The notes under the pieces were generated by a model. That model did no database searches. It saw nothing but the letters and a program-made list of their open reading frames with translations, and had not been told where the DNA came from. From Azolla caroliniana (Eukaryota; Plantae; Polypodiophyta), in contig JBHGNT010000002.1 in the NCBI GenBank assembly GCA_043228905.1, positions 4,774,001-4,838,000 on the forward strand: a stretch of 64,000 nt of DNA, read 5' to 3'. The translations under genes were made by a program, and so were the position numbers. Below, piece after piece: positions 50,506 to 63,629 of this stretch (its first letter is position 1; each line of letters opens with the position of its first letter).

Positions 50506-51599
50506 ATACAAAATGATAATCCATGTTTATGTTACACAATGGTAATTCTTTAAAATGACAATCTCATTCTAGTCCATTTAACCAACTACCTTCTCTGTTG
50601 CTCCACCGTCTTTTGCCATTGTGGGGGAATATTGAGAGTGCTCAAATCTACATGGGAAATACTTTCTTTTTGAAAGTATTTATTATGCTACAACCAAAAT
50701 AAGCTTAAGAAAGCTAAATCTGAGTAGAAACAATAGTGCAAAATACAATAAGCTTAGGAATGGGAAAATACAACTAATATCTAATCATTTGAAATGATAC
50801 TCATTAGAAGCCTATGGTGTTGAGATAGCTACCTAAAGTTGCCAGTCTAGATGCTTGTAATAGAATTGTGTGGGTGGATTCTCCCCAAGTTTCTATTGTA
50901 CCATTCAAAATGAATGGAGTAGGGAACATAAACAAGCACATTGTTCATTACTAAAAACATTTTGTTTTGGCAATAAAGATATTTGCTTATGAATAGGCCC
51001 ATTAAATTGCCATCCATGTGTCTATAAATGAGGATATATGTTGGTTGCTAAGGAGAAGTGTTTTGGCATGGCTCCTTCGATACTAGTTGGTGCCTTTGTG
51101 TGAATTCCTTTAAAAAATGAACTCCTAAGGTACCAAAATATTTAGACTACAGAAACGTTCAATGTATTTTTCATCTTACTCTTGAGGAAAATTTATTTCT
51201 TCAAATTAAACTTTCTTTTACAATTTCACAAAATTCTTGTCTCTAAAGTCAAAAACTAAATATAGGAGATAGTTGGGCTCGCCATGTTTGTTCCGCGATG
51301 GGTGTAACCTAAAGTATCTTTTATGTAAAGTATAAAAACATGAATATAATTTTATTTTTGTATTATGTTTCAGCATGTGTTGTCACATTGTCGTGAAATT
51401 AGCTTGCATGTGTGTGAAAGCTAAGTGGGACCATTAGGTACCTGAAAAAGAGAAGAATATGTCCTTGACAAAGCTAGTGTGGATTATTGATATTCCACTT
51501 GAATTGTGTGGGAGCACTTGGGGGTTTCATTTTTGGAAATGTAAGGTGCAATGGATAACAACCCTTTAGGGATATCAATCGGAATATCCATTAATTTTG

Positions 51600-52510
51600 T
51601 CTTGTGTACTACTTCGCATTAGTTACCAAACAAAGTACATCAAAGAACAACAAATATCTACAAAACTCACTTTGGTCTTCTCATCAAAGTGATCTTAGTC
51701 CTCACCCCCTCATTTACAACAAAACTATCCCATCAACTCTTTTAACATGGTAACTAACTTGTAACACAACTATACATATTTACAGCTCTTGGTCACTAAT
51801 GGAAGCCATTGGTGGAAACAACCATCTAGGTACTTGGTAGATCCCAGTAGGGCCTGATGATGATCTAACCACCATAGGAGAACTGCCCCATTTGAACAAA
51901 AACCTTTGACCGAGCTCTTTTTGCTTCATCCAATTCCAGTTGAATCGAGTCGTACCATCCCCACAACCAAGATACTAGCTCGAACCAAATGTTTAACAAC
52001 ACCTCACCACTTGGGAGCTTTTGTTGTTGAAAAACAAACTTACAACGTCTGGTCCAAATGTGCCAGACTGTTAAGAAAGCCACCATCATCCATATCTCCT
52101 CAAAAAATTCAAAGTTTATGCCAGGTCGAACTCTAGCACATTGAAACACATTGCCACCCTGCACTATAAATCCATGACCATGGTGGTTTAATTGTTTCGC
52201 CTAGCCTTCCCCTGTTAACTTCAACCCCTGTAAGGACCCCCATACAACTCTCCCATTCACACCACATGCTGCCACAATCTTGAGACTTCTACCCCAAATT
52301 CTAATCTCCTCCGTGCAATTCCAAAAACAGTGAGGAATCGATTCCAAAGAGTGTCCACATATCTTGCAACCAGCCTCCCCACCACGACACCTTCCCCCAC
52401 AAGTATCACCTTATGGCTAAGTAGCCACAACCAAAGCTTTATTTTTTCTAGCATATCGAACACCAATAGTCTCCTCCGAAACGACTTCAACCAATCATCA
52501 GATATAGCTT
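51600..52510 (-). mobile_element. 3' fragment of an L1-type LINE (zf-RVT region)
   Basis: KIKLWLWLLSHK and TVWHIWTRRCKFVF motifs typical of the L1 ORF2 C-terminus. Ends approximate. Confidence 0.7.
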
Positions 52511-52656
52511 TATCCCTTCGGCTATTGCGAGTTTGAGTAGTGCCCATTGATTTGGAGCCAATGATGTATTGTACTCGAAAAACCTTTCCAGTTTGTTCAT
52601 TCCCGGTTTTTGTCACCATACCTCGTGGATCCCACTCGAAATCACATAAGGGCTTG

Positions 52657-55600
52657 TGTCATGATATGGCAAGACTCGAACCCATGACCTTATGCTACAT
52701 GGGTCGTGCTCTTGACCATTAAACCACACATTATAATACGTAAAATAATATTTTCATTTATGTTTTATTATAGAAAATTGATGTATATTCTAGATTTCTC
52801 TAGAACATTCTAGAAACTTCAGGAGTACTCCTGAGAACACTATAAAAGGAGGCATAAGGCATTATTTCGAACCAAATCGGTTCAACGCCAGTCTTAAGCC
52901 TCCTAGCTACTATTGTATACTCTCTTTACATAATATATATCTTTTATTATCATTCTCTCACCCTTTCTCTCTCTCTATCTCTCTCTCTCTCTCGCTCACT
53001 CTTTCCTTCTCTCAAGAGTTCTACACCTCTCTTAGTACTAATCCTCATCATTTAGTACTAATTCCTTCTCTGTCTTAGTACTGATCCTGACAGTTTGAAC
53101 CGATTTTGCGTCCTCCTTCCGTCTCCTCCTTTCCTCCTCTTCCTTTTATCTTCTTACATATCCCCTTTTTCCGGTCTTCTTTTCTGTTTCCCTCATCTTC
53201 TTACCCCTTTCTTCCTTTCATACTAATCCTCTTATCCTCCCTAGTAAAATGGAAACTATTAGCGCTCAGGAATACCAATCTATTTTCTTGGAGCTCCAGT
53301 GCTTAAAGGAGAAATTTGTAGCACTAGAACAAGAAAATCACCGTTTGTTGGGGGATCTTCAACAAATAGCGCTGGAAAAACAACAACACGGGGAGCTGGC
53401 GTTACGTGTGCAACAACTCGAAGCAACCATCGTAGCGATGCAACAAGGACCCGGAACACAAGCGATTCACAAAGAACCTAAGATCGGCCTTCCCATGAAA
53501 TTCGATGGAACGCGATCGCAGTTTAGAGGGTTCCTTAATCAGGTATGACTAGTTATTCAAATGCATCCTTCTCGATATCCCACCGATGCATCACGAGTGG
53601 GTTTAGTAGGCACGTTGTTAAGTGGCTCAGCGTTGGCATGGTTCGCTCCGCTGTTAGAAAAAGAATCTCCATTACTAAACAATTTTGAAGAATTTCTAAG
53701 TGAGTTTAAAGCCTGTTTTGGAGATACTGACAACATAAGGACAACGATCAACAAAATCCGACAACTACGTCAAGGCGATCGTCCAGCCTCCGCATACGCT
53801 ACAGATTTTCGTCTACTCGGCTCCGATATCCCTTGGGATGATCAAGCATTAATGGAGCAATTTCGTTATGGTCTACGTAACGATGTCAAAGATTTACTCT
53901 TGACATTTCCCGAAGAACCAAAGTCATTAACAAAAGCAATCAGTTGCCCAGTGAGATGCGACAATCGCCTCTTTGAACGGCGTTTGGAATGTCAGTTCCA
54001 AATGCCAAGGGCAAGATCTGAGCCTACCTACGCCTCAGTGGTAGCGAAACCTTTTTCAAGGGAGTCATATAATGCGCCTCTAGTAAGTACTCCAACTCCG
54101 ATGGAAATTGACACTGCACGTCGTCGTGGACCGCTATCGGAAGAAGAAAAGCAACGACACCGAGCAAACCGACTATGTCTTTATTGCGGTGGACCAGGGC
54201 ATATCGTGGTAAACTGTCCCCATAGGCCAAGAAGGTAGGTAAATCAAATAGTTGCTAGTTCTGATTGTACTAAACCCGAGTCTATTTCAATAGGGATATC
54301 TGATAGTCCTAATAGTACTAATAGCCCAAATCTAGCGAACAAATTTGATGTCCTTAGTCAATTAGAAGAAGAGTTAAACGACTAAGTCCAGCCAAAATAG
54401 GAGCCGTTTGGTTGGACAGCCCTAGATCTGTGCAGCCCATTAGTGGTTCCATTCCCTCTAAGCAAGTTAGCAATGTGTTCGTAGCCCAAGTAACAGTTAG
54501 TACTAAAAGTACCCCTCCAGTACATGTCTTAGCACTTCTAGATTCCAGAGCTAATTCTTGCTTCATGGATAGGAACTTTGCCCAAGCTCATCAGATATCT
54601 GTCAGAAAACTTCCGTGTCCAGCCTCTATAGTAGTCATTGATGGTCGTCCCATTGCTTCTGAAAATATCATAGAAGAGTTAGAACCCGTTAATATTGTCC
54701 TAGATAATCTAGCATGTGTAGTATCATTTAATATAATTAGCATCCCAAAACACCCCATTGTTTTAGGATTACCATGGTTCGAATTACATAACCTAGACAT
54801 AGATTGGAGAACAAGAGAAATCCGGTATCGAAAAACCCGAGGGTCTACTCATGAGATTGCAACCATTTCGCTACATCAGTTGCGGGAAGAAGGACACAAG
54901 GAGGAAATGTTTCTCTTCACAATATCGGCAAAGCCCTTAGACACCATTAAAGGGGAGTCCATCGTTCAACTTCCAAAGAAGTATCATCATTATGCCGATG
55001 TGTTCGATAAAGTACAAGCCAATACACTTTCTCACCATCGATCGTATGATTGCCCCATCGATTTACACCGGGGAAAGAGCCACCATGGGGACCAATCTAC
55101 AATTTGTCACCAACCGAGCTAGAAGTCCTGCGAGCCTATATAGAGGAGAATTTGGAAAATGGTTTCATTCGGCATTCGAAATCTCCAGCCGGCGCACCCA
55201 TTTTCTTCGTCAAGAAAAAGGATGGATCACTTCGTCTCGTTGTAGATTACCGTGGCTTGAATAAGGTTACAATCAGAAATAGGTATGCACTTCCCCTTAT
55301 CTCAAGTCTTTTAGAACAGATCAATGGTGCAAGGTTCTTCACGAAGATCGACTTACGGGGAGCCTATAACCTCGTACGGATCCGACCAGGAGATGAATGG
55401 AAGACCGCGTTTCGCACCAGATATGGGCACTTCGAGTATACGGTCATGTCGTTCGGCCTCACTAATGCGCCAACAGTCTTCCAACACATGGCAAATGATA
55501 TATTCTGAGATCTCTTGGATGTTTGTTTGATCATCTATTTGGATGATCTAGTGGTTAATTCGAAGACCCAAGAAGAGCATGATTCTCATGTACTGTTAGT

Positions 55601-57836
55601 ATTAAAACGACTTCGAGAACATGGTCTTTATGCAAAGCTGGAAAAATGTAGTTTTGGGTGCAACCAGGTGGAATTTCTGGGCTATGTCATTTCCTCAGAA
55701 TGCATGTCCATGGACCTAGCTAAGGTCAAAACTGTGGTAGAGTGGCAGACTCCGCGTTCGGTGCGAGATGTGCAATGCTTTTTAGGCTTTGCCAATTTTT
55801 ACCAGAAGTTCATACAAGATTACTCAAAGCTCGTTCTGCCTCTCACATAGCTTACCAGGTAGGGACAATCGTTCGTTTGGTCTGAAGAAGCGGACATGGC
55901 TTTCGAGAGTCTTAAAAAGGCATTTACATCGGCTCCAATTCTAGCTCATGTCGATCCGGAAAAACCATTCATTATCGAAGCAAACACATCGGATTTCGCA
56001 TTGAGGAGCATTCTGTCACAATGGGGTAATGATGAGAAGCTACATCCTGTGTCTTTTCACTCACGCAAGTTTGACGCCGCCGAAATCAACTACAAAATTC
56101 ATGATAAGGAGCTATTGGCAATAGTGGACTCTTTTACGCAATGGAGGAATTTTCTAGAGGGATCCTCTCATCAAGTCACCGTATTCAGTGACCACAAAAA
56201 CCTTGTCTACTTTCAAGACGCTCGTGTGTTAAATCGATGTCAAGCTCGGTGGGCCCACTTCCTCACGCGTTCGGACTTGTGATACATGCTGCAGAGTGAA
56301 AATGCCAAGGCATCATCCATATGGTTTATTAGAACCATTACCAATTCCAAGCAAGCCGTGGCAATCCATTGCTCTAGACTTCATCACAGATCTTCCAGTC
56401 TCTAAGGGGTTCAATGCGATTCTAACAGTTGTAGATCGATATATGAATATGGCTCATTTCTTGCTATGTCGGCATCATGGCCTTCTTGATAGTATCATTA
56501 GCGACCGTGGACCCCAGTTCGTATCAAAATTCTGGAAGCACCTTTTTAAAATGCTCAAGGTCACTTGTAACCTCACCTCCGGCTACCACCCACAAACCGA
56601 TGGCCAAGCAGAACGAACAAATCAAACGCTGGAGCAGTATCTTCGGTGCTTTCTAAGTTATCATTAGGATGACTGGGCAAATATTCTCCACTTCGCCGAA
56701 TTTGCCTATAATAACTTTGTCCACGCATCGACTAAAGTTACACCATTTTATGCTTATACAAGTTGTCAGCCCCAGTGGTGTGTATTTGAAACCCCAGAGT
56801 TGTCCACAAATCCTTGCGCAGAGGATCGTTTAGAGCGGTTACGCAAGATACAAGCCGATTTATCTACTCATCTCCAACAAGCTCAACAAACACACAAGGT
56901 TTACACGGATCGTCATCGACTTCCATCTAGTTTTAACATTGGAGATCGGGTATGGCTACTATGACGACACATCAAGACTACTCACCCATGCAAGAAGTTG
57001 AGTTATCGGCGATTAGGTCCTTTCCGTATTATAGGAAAGATTAATGATGTCGCTTTTCGTCTCGATCTACCTTCGCAACTTCGGATACATTCAATGTTTC
57101 ATAGTTCTCTCCTCGAACCCTATCAAGAGAGCACCATCCCAAGACATATTACACAGCCTCCACCCTCGATCGAGCTTAAAGATGGACCTGAGTACGAGGT
57201 TGCAGCCATCCTTGATTCCAAGATTGTTCGCAACAAGCTCTACTATCTACTCGATTGGCTAGGATATAGTCCCAACGAGCGTACTTAGGAACCGATAGAG
57301 AATGTGACCAATGCTCGTGCTCTTCTTGACGACTTCCATCATCAATATCCAGACAAACCGGGTCCTCAATCCAAAACGACTCGTGACACTTGTCGTTTTA
57401 AAGGGGGGATAGTGTCATGATATGGCAAGACTCGAACCCATGACCTTATACTACATGGGTCGAGCTCTTAACCATTAGACCACACATTGTAATATGTAAA
57501 ATATTATTTTCATTTATATTTTATTATAAAAAATTGATGTATATTCCAGATTTCTTTGGAACATTCTAGAAACTTCAGGAGTACTCCTGAGAACACTATA
57601 AAAGGAGGCACAAGGCATTATTTCGAACCAAATCGGTTCAACGCCAGTCTTAAGCCTCTTAGCTACTATTGTATACTCTCTTCACATAATATATATCTTT
57701 TATCATCATTCTCTCACCCTTTCTCTCTCTCTCTCTCTCTCTCTCTTTCCTTCTCTCGAGAGTTCTACACCTCTCTTAGTACTAATCCTCATCTTTTAGT
57801 ACTAATTCCTTCTCTGTCTTAGTACTGATCCTGACA
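52657..57836 (+). mobile_element. Full-length degenerate Gypsy chromovirus (Tf1/Tcn1-like)
   Basis: LTRs 52657-53092 and 57413-57836; TSD GCTTG; PPT AAAGGGGGGA before the 3' LTR; no tRNA PBS. Confidence 0.96.
53249..57400 (+). pseudogene. Chromovirus gag-pol with stops, frameshifts and an internal deletion
   Basis: gag (PTPMEID, CLYCGGPGHIVVNC), PR (LLDSRAN), RT (YLDD), RNase H, integrase and chromodomain (EYEVAAILDS..YLLDWLGY). The segment between RNase H and the integrase core is missing at about 56280. Confidence 0.92.
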
Positions 57837-57998
57837 GCTTGTATGTTTGTATTTGTGTTAATGTCTATATGTATATTTGTGTTTAGTTACATAAGTGTAA
57901 ATAAATGATCAAGACATATGATGTGTGTGTATTTTTGTATAGAATTTATTGATTTACAAGTAGATTAGTATAATTGTATGTGGATTGGTATGAAAATG

Positions 57999-58436
57999 TG
58001 TCACAACAAAGGGACATGAAATACATAGTTGGTGAGGATTGAACCTACAGCCTCACATCAACAAGATGTCATACTCAACCATTTTGATATGAGCATGCAT
58101 TTGTATATAATGATTTAGTATTCTATAGTCTAACATAAAATACATTTCAGAATCAGAATATTCTAGTCATTAGTATATTCTAGAAATATTGTACAATATA
58201 TTCTAGAGATATTTCTCGAGTATATTCTAGATATATTCAATCTCGGAACTTGTATAAATACTTGTAACACCCTTGGTCCCTTTCAAGGGATTCAACACCA
58301 GCCATTGACACATCAATCGAGTATTCTCGTTTCATTCCATCTTGTCTCCTTCTTCATCATTGTCTTCATGCTCTCATGTTGCTCAAGCCCCATCATCCGT
58401 GCTCCATCCCTGTCCGCTCTTGGTGTGTCTATGACA
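57999..58436 (+). mobile_element. Probable solo LTR
   Basis: TGTCA..TGACA termini; TATAAATA at about 58253; tattctag repeats like those in the chromovirus LTR; imperfect ATGTG flanks. Confidence 0.65.
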
Positions 58437-58559
58437 ATGTGTATATGTATATAAATAAGAGAATGAATGTTTAAACACGTTTGCAGCCTTTTCTTCCACA
58501 TATAGTACACAAGACTCAAATAGGCTTTATACAGGAAATGAGTATATTTGATAATATCT

Positions 58560-59318
58560 TTGTGTTTTGGGGTATGATAGCAATAGCGCAAGAAACAAAA
58601 CAAGACTTAACAATATTGTTTTTTGGATTTTGAGAAAGCTTATGACAAAGTTTATTGGAATATTTTATATGAGGTTATGGGTTGTCTAGGTCTTCCAATC
58701 GTAGGAGAAGCCTTTAGTGCATTCTTGAATAAGAACAGTTTATCTATTAAGGGTATTTTGTGGCCAAGTGTGGAGGAGGATGTGTTAGGCTTTGAATTTG
58801 CAAATCACACAACATTGTATGTTGTAGGAGGTGACAGAAATCTCTGTAATGTGCAAACTATGATCCATGATTTCTGTGACACTTCATGTGTTATTATTAA
58901 TTGGCATAAATCAATGGGATTTTGACTTGGGGAAGGTTTTACTGCTTATTGGTGTTGAGGTGTTGGATTTCGTTGGATGCCAAAGGGATCTCCTATGAGA
59001 TATTTAGGGTGTCAAGTGAGAATTAATCTTCCCCTAGAACCTCATGTCCAACTCTTACTACTTTCTTTGAGGAAGAAGTTTATCTTTTGGAGTTCTACGA
59101 ATTTTTCATTTGCAAGGAGGCTTGTTGTTTCTGATCAAGTATTACTCTCCTCAATGTGGTATATTCTGTCCTCCTAGTTATTCTCCAGATCTTTGTTATC
59201 AAAGTTACAAAGGTTGATTAGCAATTTATTATGGGGTTCTACTAATTTTAAGTATGTTAGACCAAAGGTAGCTTGGAAAACTATTATCACACCTACTTCT
59301 CAAGGGGGTTTAGGTTTG
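58560..59318 (+). mobile_element. Internal RT fragment of an L1-type LINE, truncated abruptly
   Basis: DFEKAYDKV, RYLG and QGGLGL motifs. Confidence 0.8.
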
Positions 59319-59699
59319 AACACGTTCGCGTTCACAAGTGGAAGGATTGCACATTCCACTTGTAGAATCTTCTTGAAACGAAGCAAATACACCCTCTCTA
59401 CAAAAATTGGATGCACTAGTATCACATGTTCCTCAACTTGATGAGAATTTGCAAATATAAAAATACATGATAGGTTTACGAGTGGAGATCATTAGAAATC
59501 ATGCAAGTTTGGACGTGTTGATAAGTTAATGTAGGCATAATAAAGTTCAACAATGGCTCAATATGTCACTATTGTGCGACAAGGGAAACACTAAGTTAAA
59601 GACTTATATTAATTAGGTAAGTTTTACAAAAATATGAGGTGTACTTATATCCATACTAATAAAATGAGTTATAATTTATACTTTGACCTATACGTGCAT

Positions 59700-59975
59700 G
59701 TATATAATTGTGGACAATGTAGGATAGTGAACTTTAGGATAATGTGATTGGAATAACTAACTTATTAAAATATTCAATACTTGTATTTAAAGTTGATCTA
59801 ATCTATTCCTCAGTTTGTTCGTATGGGATCAAACCATATGTCTATAGCTGTGGACAATGTAAGGCAGTGAACTTTAGGATAATGTCGTGGAAATAACAAA
59901 CCTATTAAGGCTTTCATACCTGTATTTAAAATTGATCTACTCTATTGCTTAGGTGATTCACACAGGATCAAACTC
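59700..59975. repeat. Tandem repeat (about 140 bp x2)
   Basis: tgtggacaatgta...agtgaactttaggataatgt at about 59709 and 59849, each followed by tgtatttaaa.ttgatcta. Confidence 0.8.
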
Positions 59976-60405
59976 CGAACGATAACGCAAGTGGAACTAC
60001 AAGCGTATAAAAACATGCGGATAACGCTAGTGGAACCATTATCAACACACTACACAATCTAAGCAGCAATGGAATAGAAACATAATAGTTTTAACAATAG
60101 AAGACAAAGATCCATAATAACAACATGGACAGTCATGGCAACAATTGTAGGGCCATGTTATGTTAAGGTTAGCTTGGACCAAAATCAGCCTCAATTTAAA
60201 CTAATTCATGTTTCTCCATAAATTTGGTAGTCAGCTATGCACGCGGTGAAACCAATGTCATAAATCTCCTAGCCAAGTATATAAAAATAAAATTGAAACA
60301 TATAGAAGATTATAAAGAATAGAATCCACTAGGTAAAACCCAAAATTTGTATTAATAATGTGAAATCCAAACAAATCGTCAGTGTCATTTTCTTCATAGA
60401 GTCTA

Positions 60406-63400
60406 TTACATAGCAATCAATTCATCAACGTCATTTTCTTCATCATCTTGTGTAGAACTCTCTTCGGCTATACGTGTATTGGCTTCCCCTGTTAGCCGAG
60501 CCAACGAAATATCTTCTATAAGCTCATCATCAAGCTCTATTAGCTCCCCCGGTTCGCCGGCTAACGGAGGAATAGGCTCTCGCGAAGCAGGTTGAAACCT
60601 TTCTGTATTAGCGAGGTTCTTTGCACCGACCTCCTCATCCTGGTCTGGGCACTCCCACAAAGCCTTAATCCGCATATTAATAAATATAACCTGCTCCTCG
60701 TCCTTCTCCAATGCAACTGTATTTCTAAAGAGCTTCAATGCACATGCAGACGTCGTTCCTATGAAGTAAGTAACAAGAAGATTTAGTTGTCAAACAAAAA
60801 AGATTCGGTATTGGTTTCAAGATCGTTACCCTAGTTCGAGGAATACCTGTGCTAGAAAAGAGATCTAATATCCAGTCTCCTTCGATAGAAAACATCTCGA
60901 TCAAGCGCAACATAAGTCGTTGAGGTTTTTGATATGGGTTGACAAGTCCCCGTTCTGTCGTGGTGACATGTCGCAATTTCCATGTCACTGCTGGATATAC
61001 CAATAGATTTGAACCTCTCGCTTCATTAGAATGCTCCTTGATTCTCTGTTTCTTAATTTCATCGAAGTAGCCAATCGTGATGTATTCAATGGCATTAACA
61101 AACCGAAAAGTTGGCCCTCTATTTACATTGGTCTTGATCCTATAAAAAATAATACATCGAGTTAAGAATAGATTGAACAACCTTAAGAAATGCAATATAG
61201 TGAAAGACACCTATAAATAATCCTTACCATGCAAGGTTCTCGATGCCATGGCAATGAGATCTCAAAGCTTGAGCTACCGAGTACCCTTGGTCCATACTAT
61301 GAAAGACAACTATTCGCCACAAGGATGCAGTCGTTTGCTCAGCGAAATCCTTGACCATCTTCTCCAATTGTTTAAACCTAAACGGTTCATCGTCGTATGA
61401 TGACCCAACCATTCGAAATCCGTAAGGAATATCCGCAATCATTAGCGTATATTCCTTCTTTGGCACCTTTTGGATCAAGTCGACGACATCACCGCAAACC
61501 ACATTGTAGTAAAGATCTCTCGTAATATCTTTTTTGTGGCTAAATTTTTTAAAGGAGCCATCTTCCTCCATTTCATACGCCTTGACTAAGCGACGATCCT
61601 TTTCTTTTCTGGCTTGCTCGAGATGTGCAAGGAAGGATGTAGGGAAATCATGTATATCCTTAACTTCTCCTTGTTTCTTGCCTCGACACAGTTTCTAATA
61701 GAAGCAATAGGACATCAAGTATTATTATACAAGCTCTACATATGATGAAAGGGTAATGAAAAACCATCAATACTAACCCAATCCTTGAATGCAATAAAAT
61801 ACTCTGATAACGCCTTATATGAAGACGTTAGAGGATAATCCTCGGTCACTTGTTCCCAAGTTATACATCCAAGTTGTTTCATCATAACTTCTTGGATCTT
61901 CATGTACACCTTATGACTATAAAATTAGAAATCAAGATTAGAACTTTGAATTACACCATATAGACTACAATTTCAGTATTTGAAAGACTTACTTATTGAA
62001 CTCAGTGACCATTTCTTCAAGGCTTAAATCTTTCGCCACAACCCTTGACAAAACAGACACAAGAAGTTGCTCGTCCTTAATACCTTGCATCGCTCTCCAC
62101 AGAGATAGCTTCATGTCATCTGCCGCTTCTTCAATTGTCAAGTCAATTTTCTTGGTGGCTTGTGACTTTAACTCTAGTTGAGGGTCAACCTTACATTTCT
62201 TTTGTCGTTGATCCTTTACCTCCTTATTCTCCCACATTGAGAAGATTTGATCTTGTAGGTCCCATACTTCTCCATCTCTAAACGCCAATTAAAACCAAGA
62301 CTCATATTTTCAAAGACCATCGGACTTAACATTATCATCTACAACAATGCTGACTTCATGTAGACATTGACGTCATAGGCCTCGATGTAACTTCACACCA
62401 AACTTTTGTTTCACGTCCAAATAATCGTGGTGGAAGAACCGTATACACTCAATGGACGACATTTTCTGCCTATAGTCATTATCATTATTATGGTCCCATG
62501 CCAACAGCTTAGCCTCTTCGGTTGTGAGCCCAACATAAATTTTGCACTCGGCATACTTGAAGAAGAAAGTCGTTGGATGTTCTCTCACAAGTTGCCGACG
62601 TGCCTCCGTTGAATGCGATCCACCAATGACAAAGTAATTATATTGATCATGCTTTCTAATATCAAAATCTTCAATGGTTTCACATTCTTCAGGATCTACC
62701 ATAACAATAAAAGTCACCACAGTGACATGAGGATTAATTTTCATTTTTTTCTTGAGATTTTGAATATGCATGCGGTGTGGCTCTCTAATCTCAAGTGGTC
62801 GTCGACCTGTTTTTTCATCAATAGGGGGCCGATGGATGTGTATTATAGGCAGATTAAACATTTGCCCTTTCCTCACCAATTTACGTTGCATTAACTCTCT
62901 CCTTAGCTTATTCTGCTCGGATGACAAAACACTCGATGCCAGCTCAGCTCCTGTTGTCCCCTTATTGTCCTCCTCTTCGTTTTCACTTGTTGAATCGGAG
63001 TCTGACATTTTGGTTGTCTTCTTCTTTGGTGGTCTTGACTGGACTTTGGATACCCTTTTTGTGGCCTTCAATGGGGAGGGCACTTCATCTCTTAGAGTTA
63101 CATGGCCTTGTATATAAGGCCTCAAGGTAACAATAAAGTTTTGTGAGCTTTCAAGATCTTTTTTGAACGCTTTTGGCCCACAAGATTCCTTTACTAAAAG
63201 ATCTTCTGAAAGGAACACTTTACGTACCCCCTTGGAGCACTCTATCATTACCAGTATGTTGGCCGAATCTGCAACTTCATAGTCAAATCGTAGAATACGG
63301 CCATACATAAATGGGGTTTCCTTTCCAAGCTGCCCCTCCCCCTTCTTCTTTGTTGTATACAATACGACTTTTTTCTTTGAGTCAACATATTGCATACACC

Positions 63401-63629
63401 ATTCCTTGTCCGTTAGATCACGGTCAAGAAGGTCTTCACCTCCAGTAGCGGCTACAAGTTTCTTTTGGCTAACGTCAATGTGTGGTTGAGATTTTGTCTC
63501 CTCGTTCAAGAGAAGATTTTTTCCTCTCTTCATGGACTCAGGAGCTACCTTGGTCTAGGCTTCGATTGGAGAACCCTGTATGCGAAGCTTTATTTTCTTC
63601 ACAGGTCGGTCTGACAGGTTCTCAAACGA
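60406..63629 (-). pseudogene. Spliced gene for a ParB/Srx-like domain fused to a beta-class N4-cytosine/N6-adenine DNA methyltransferase; four in-frame nonsense codons
   Basis: Exons 63629-61993, 61916-61778, 61694-61228, 61139-60847 and 60758-60406, with GT-AG introns of 76-88 bp in consistent phase. Motifs VVCGDVVDLIQKVP..LMIADIPYG, LAWIK, NPYQKPQRLMLRLIEMFSIEGDWILDLFSSTGTTSACALKLFRNTVALEKD; N-terminal YFVIGGSHSTEARRQL. The 5' end is uncertain. Confidence 0.8.

Noticed and set aside
60406-63629. Bacterial contamination as the source of the methyltransferase
   Set aside because: Four phase-consistent spliceosomal introns and contiguity with plant LINE and LTR sequence.
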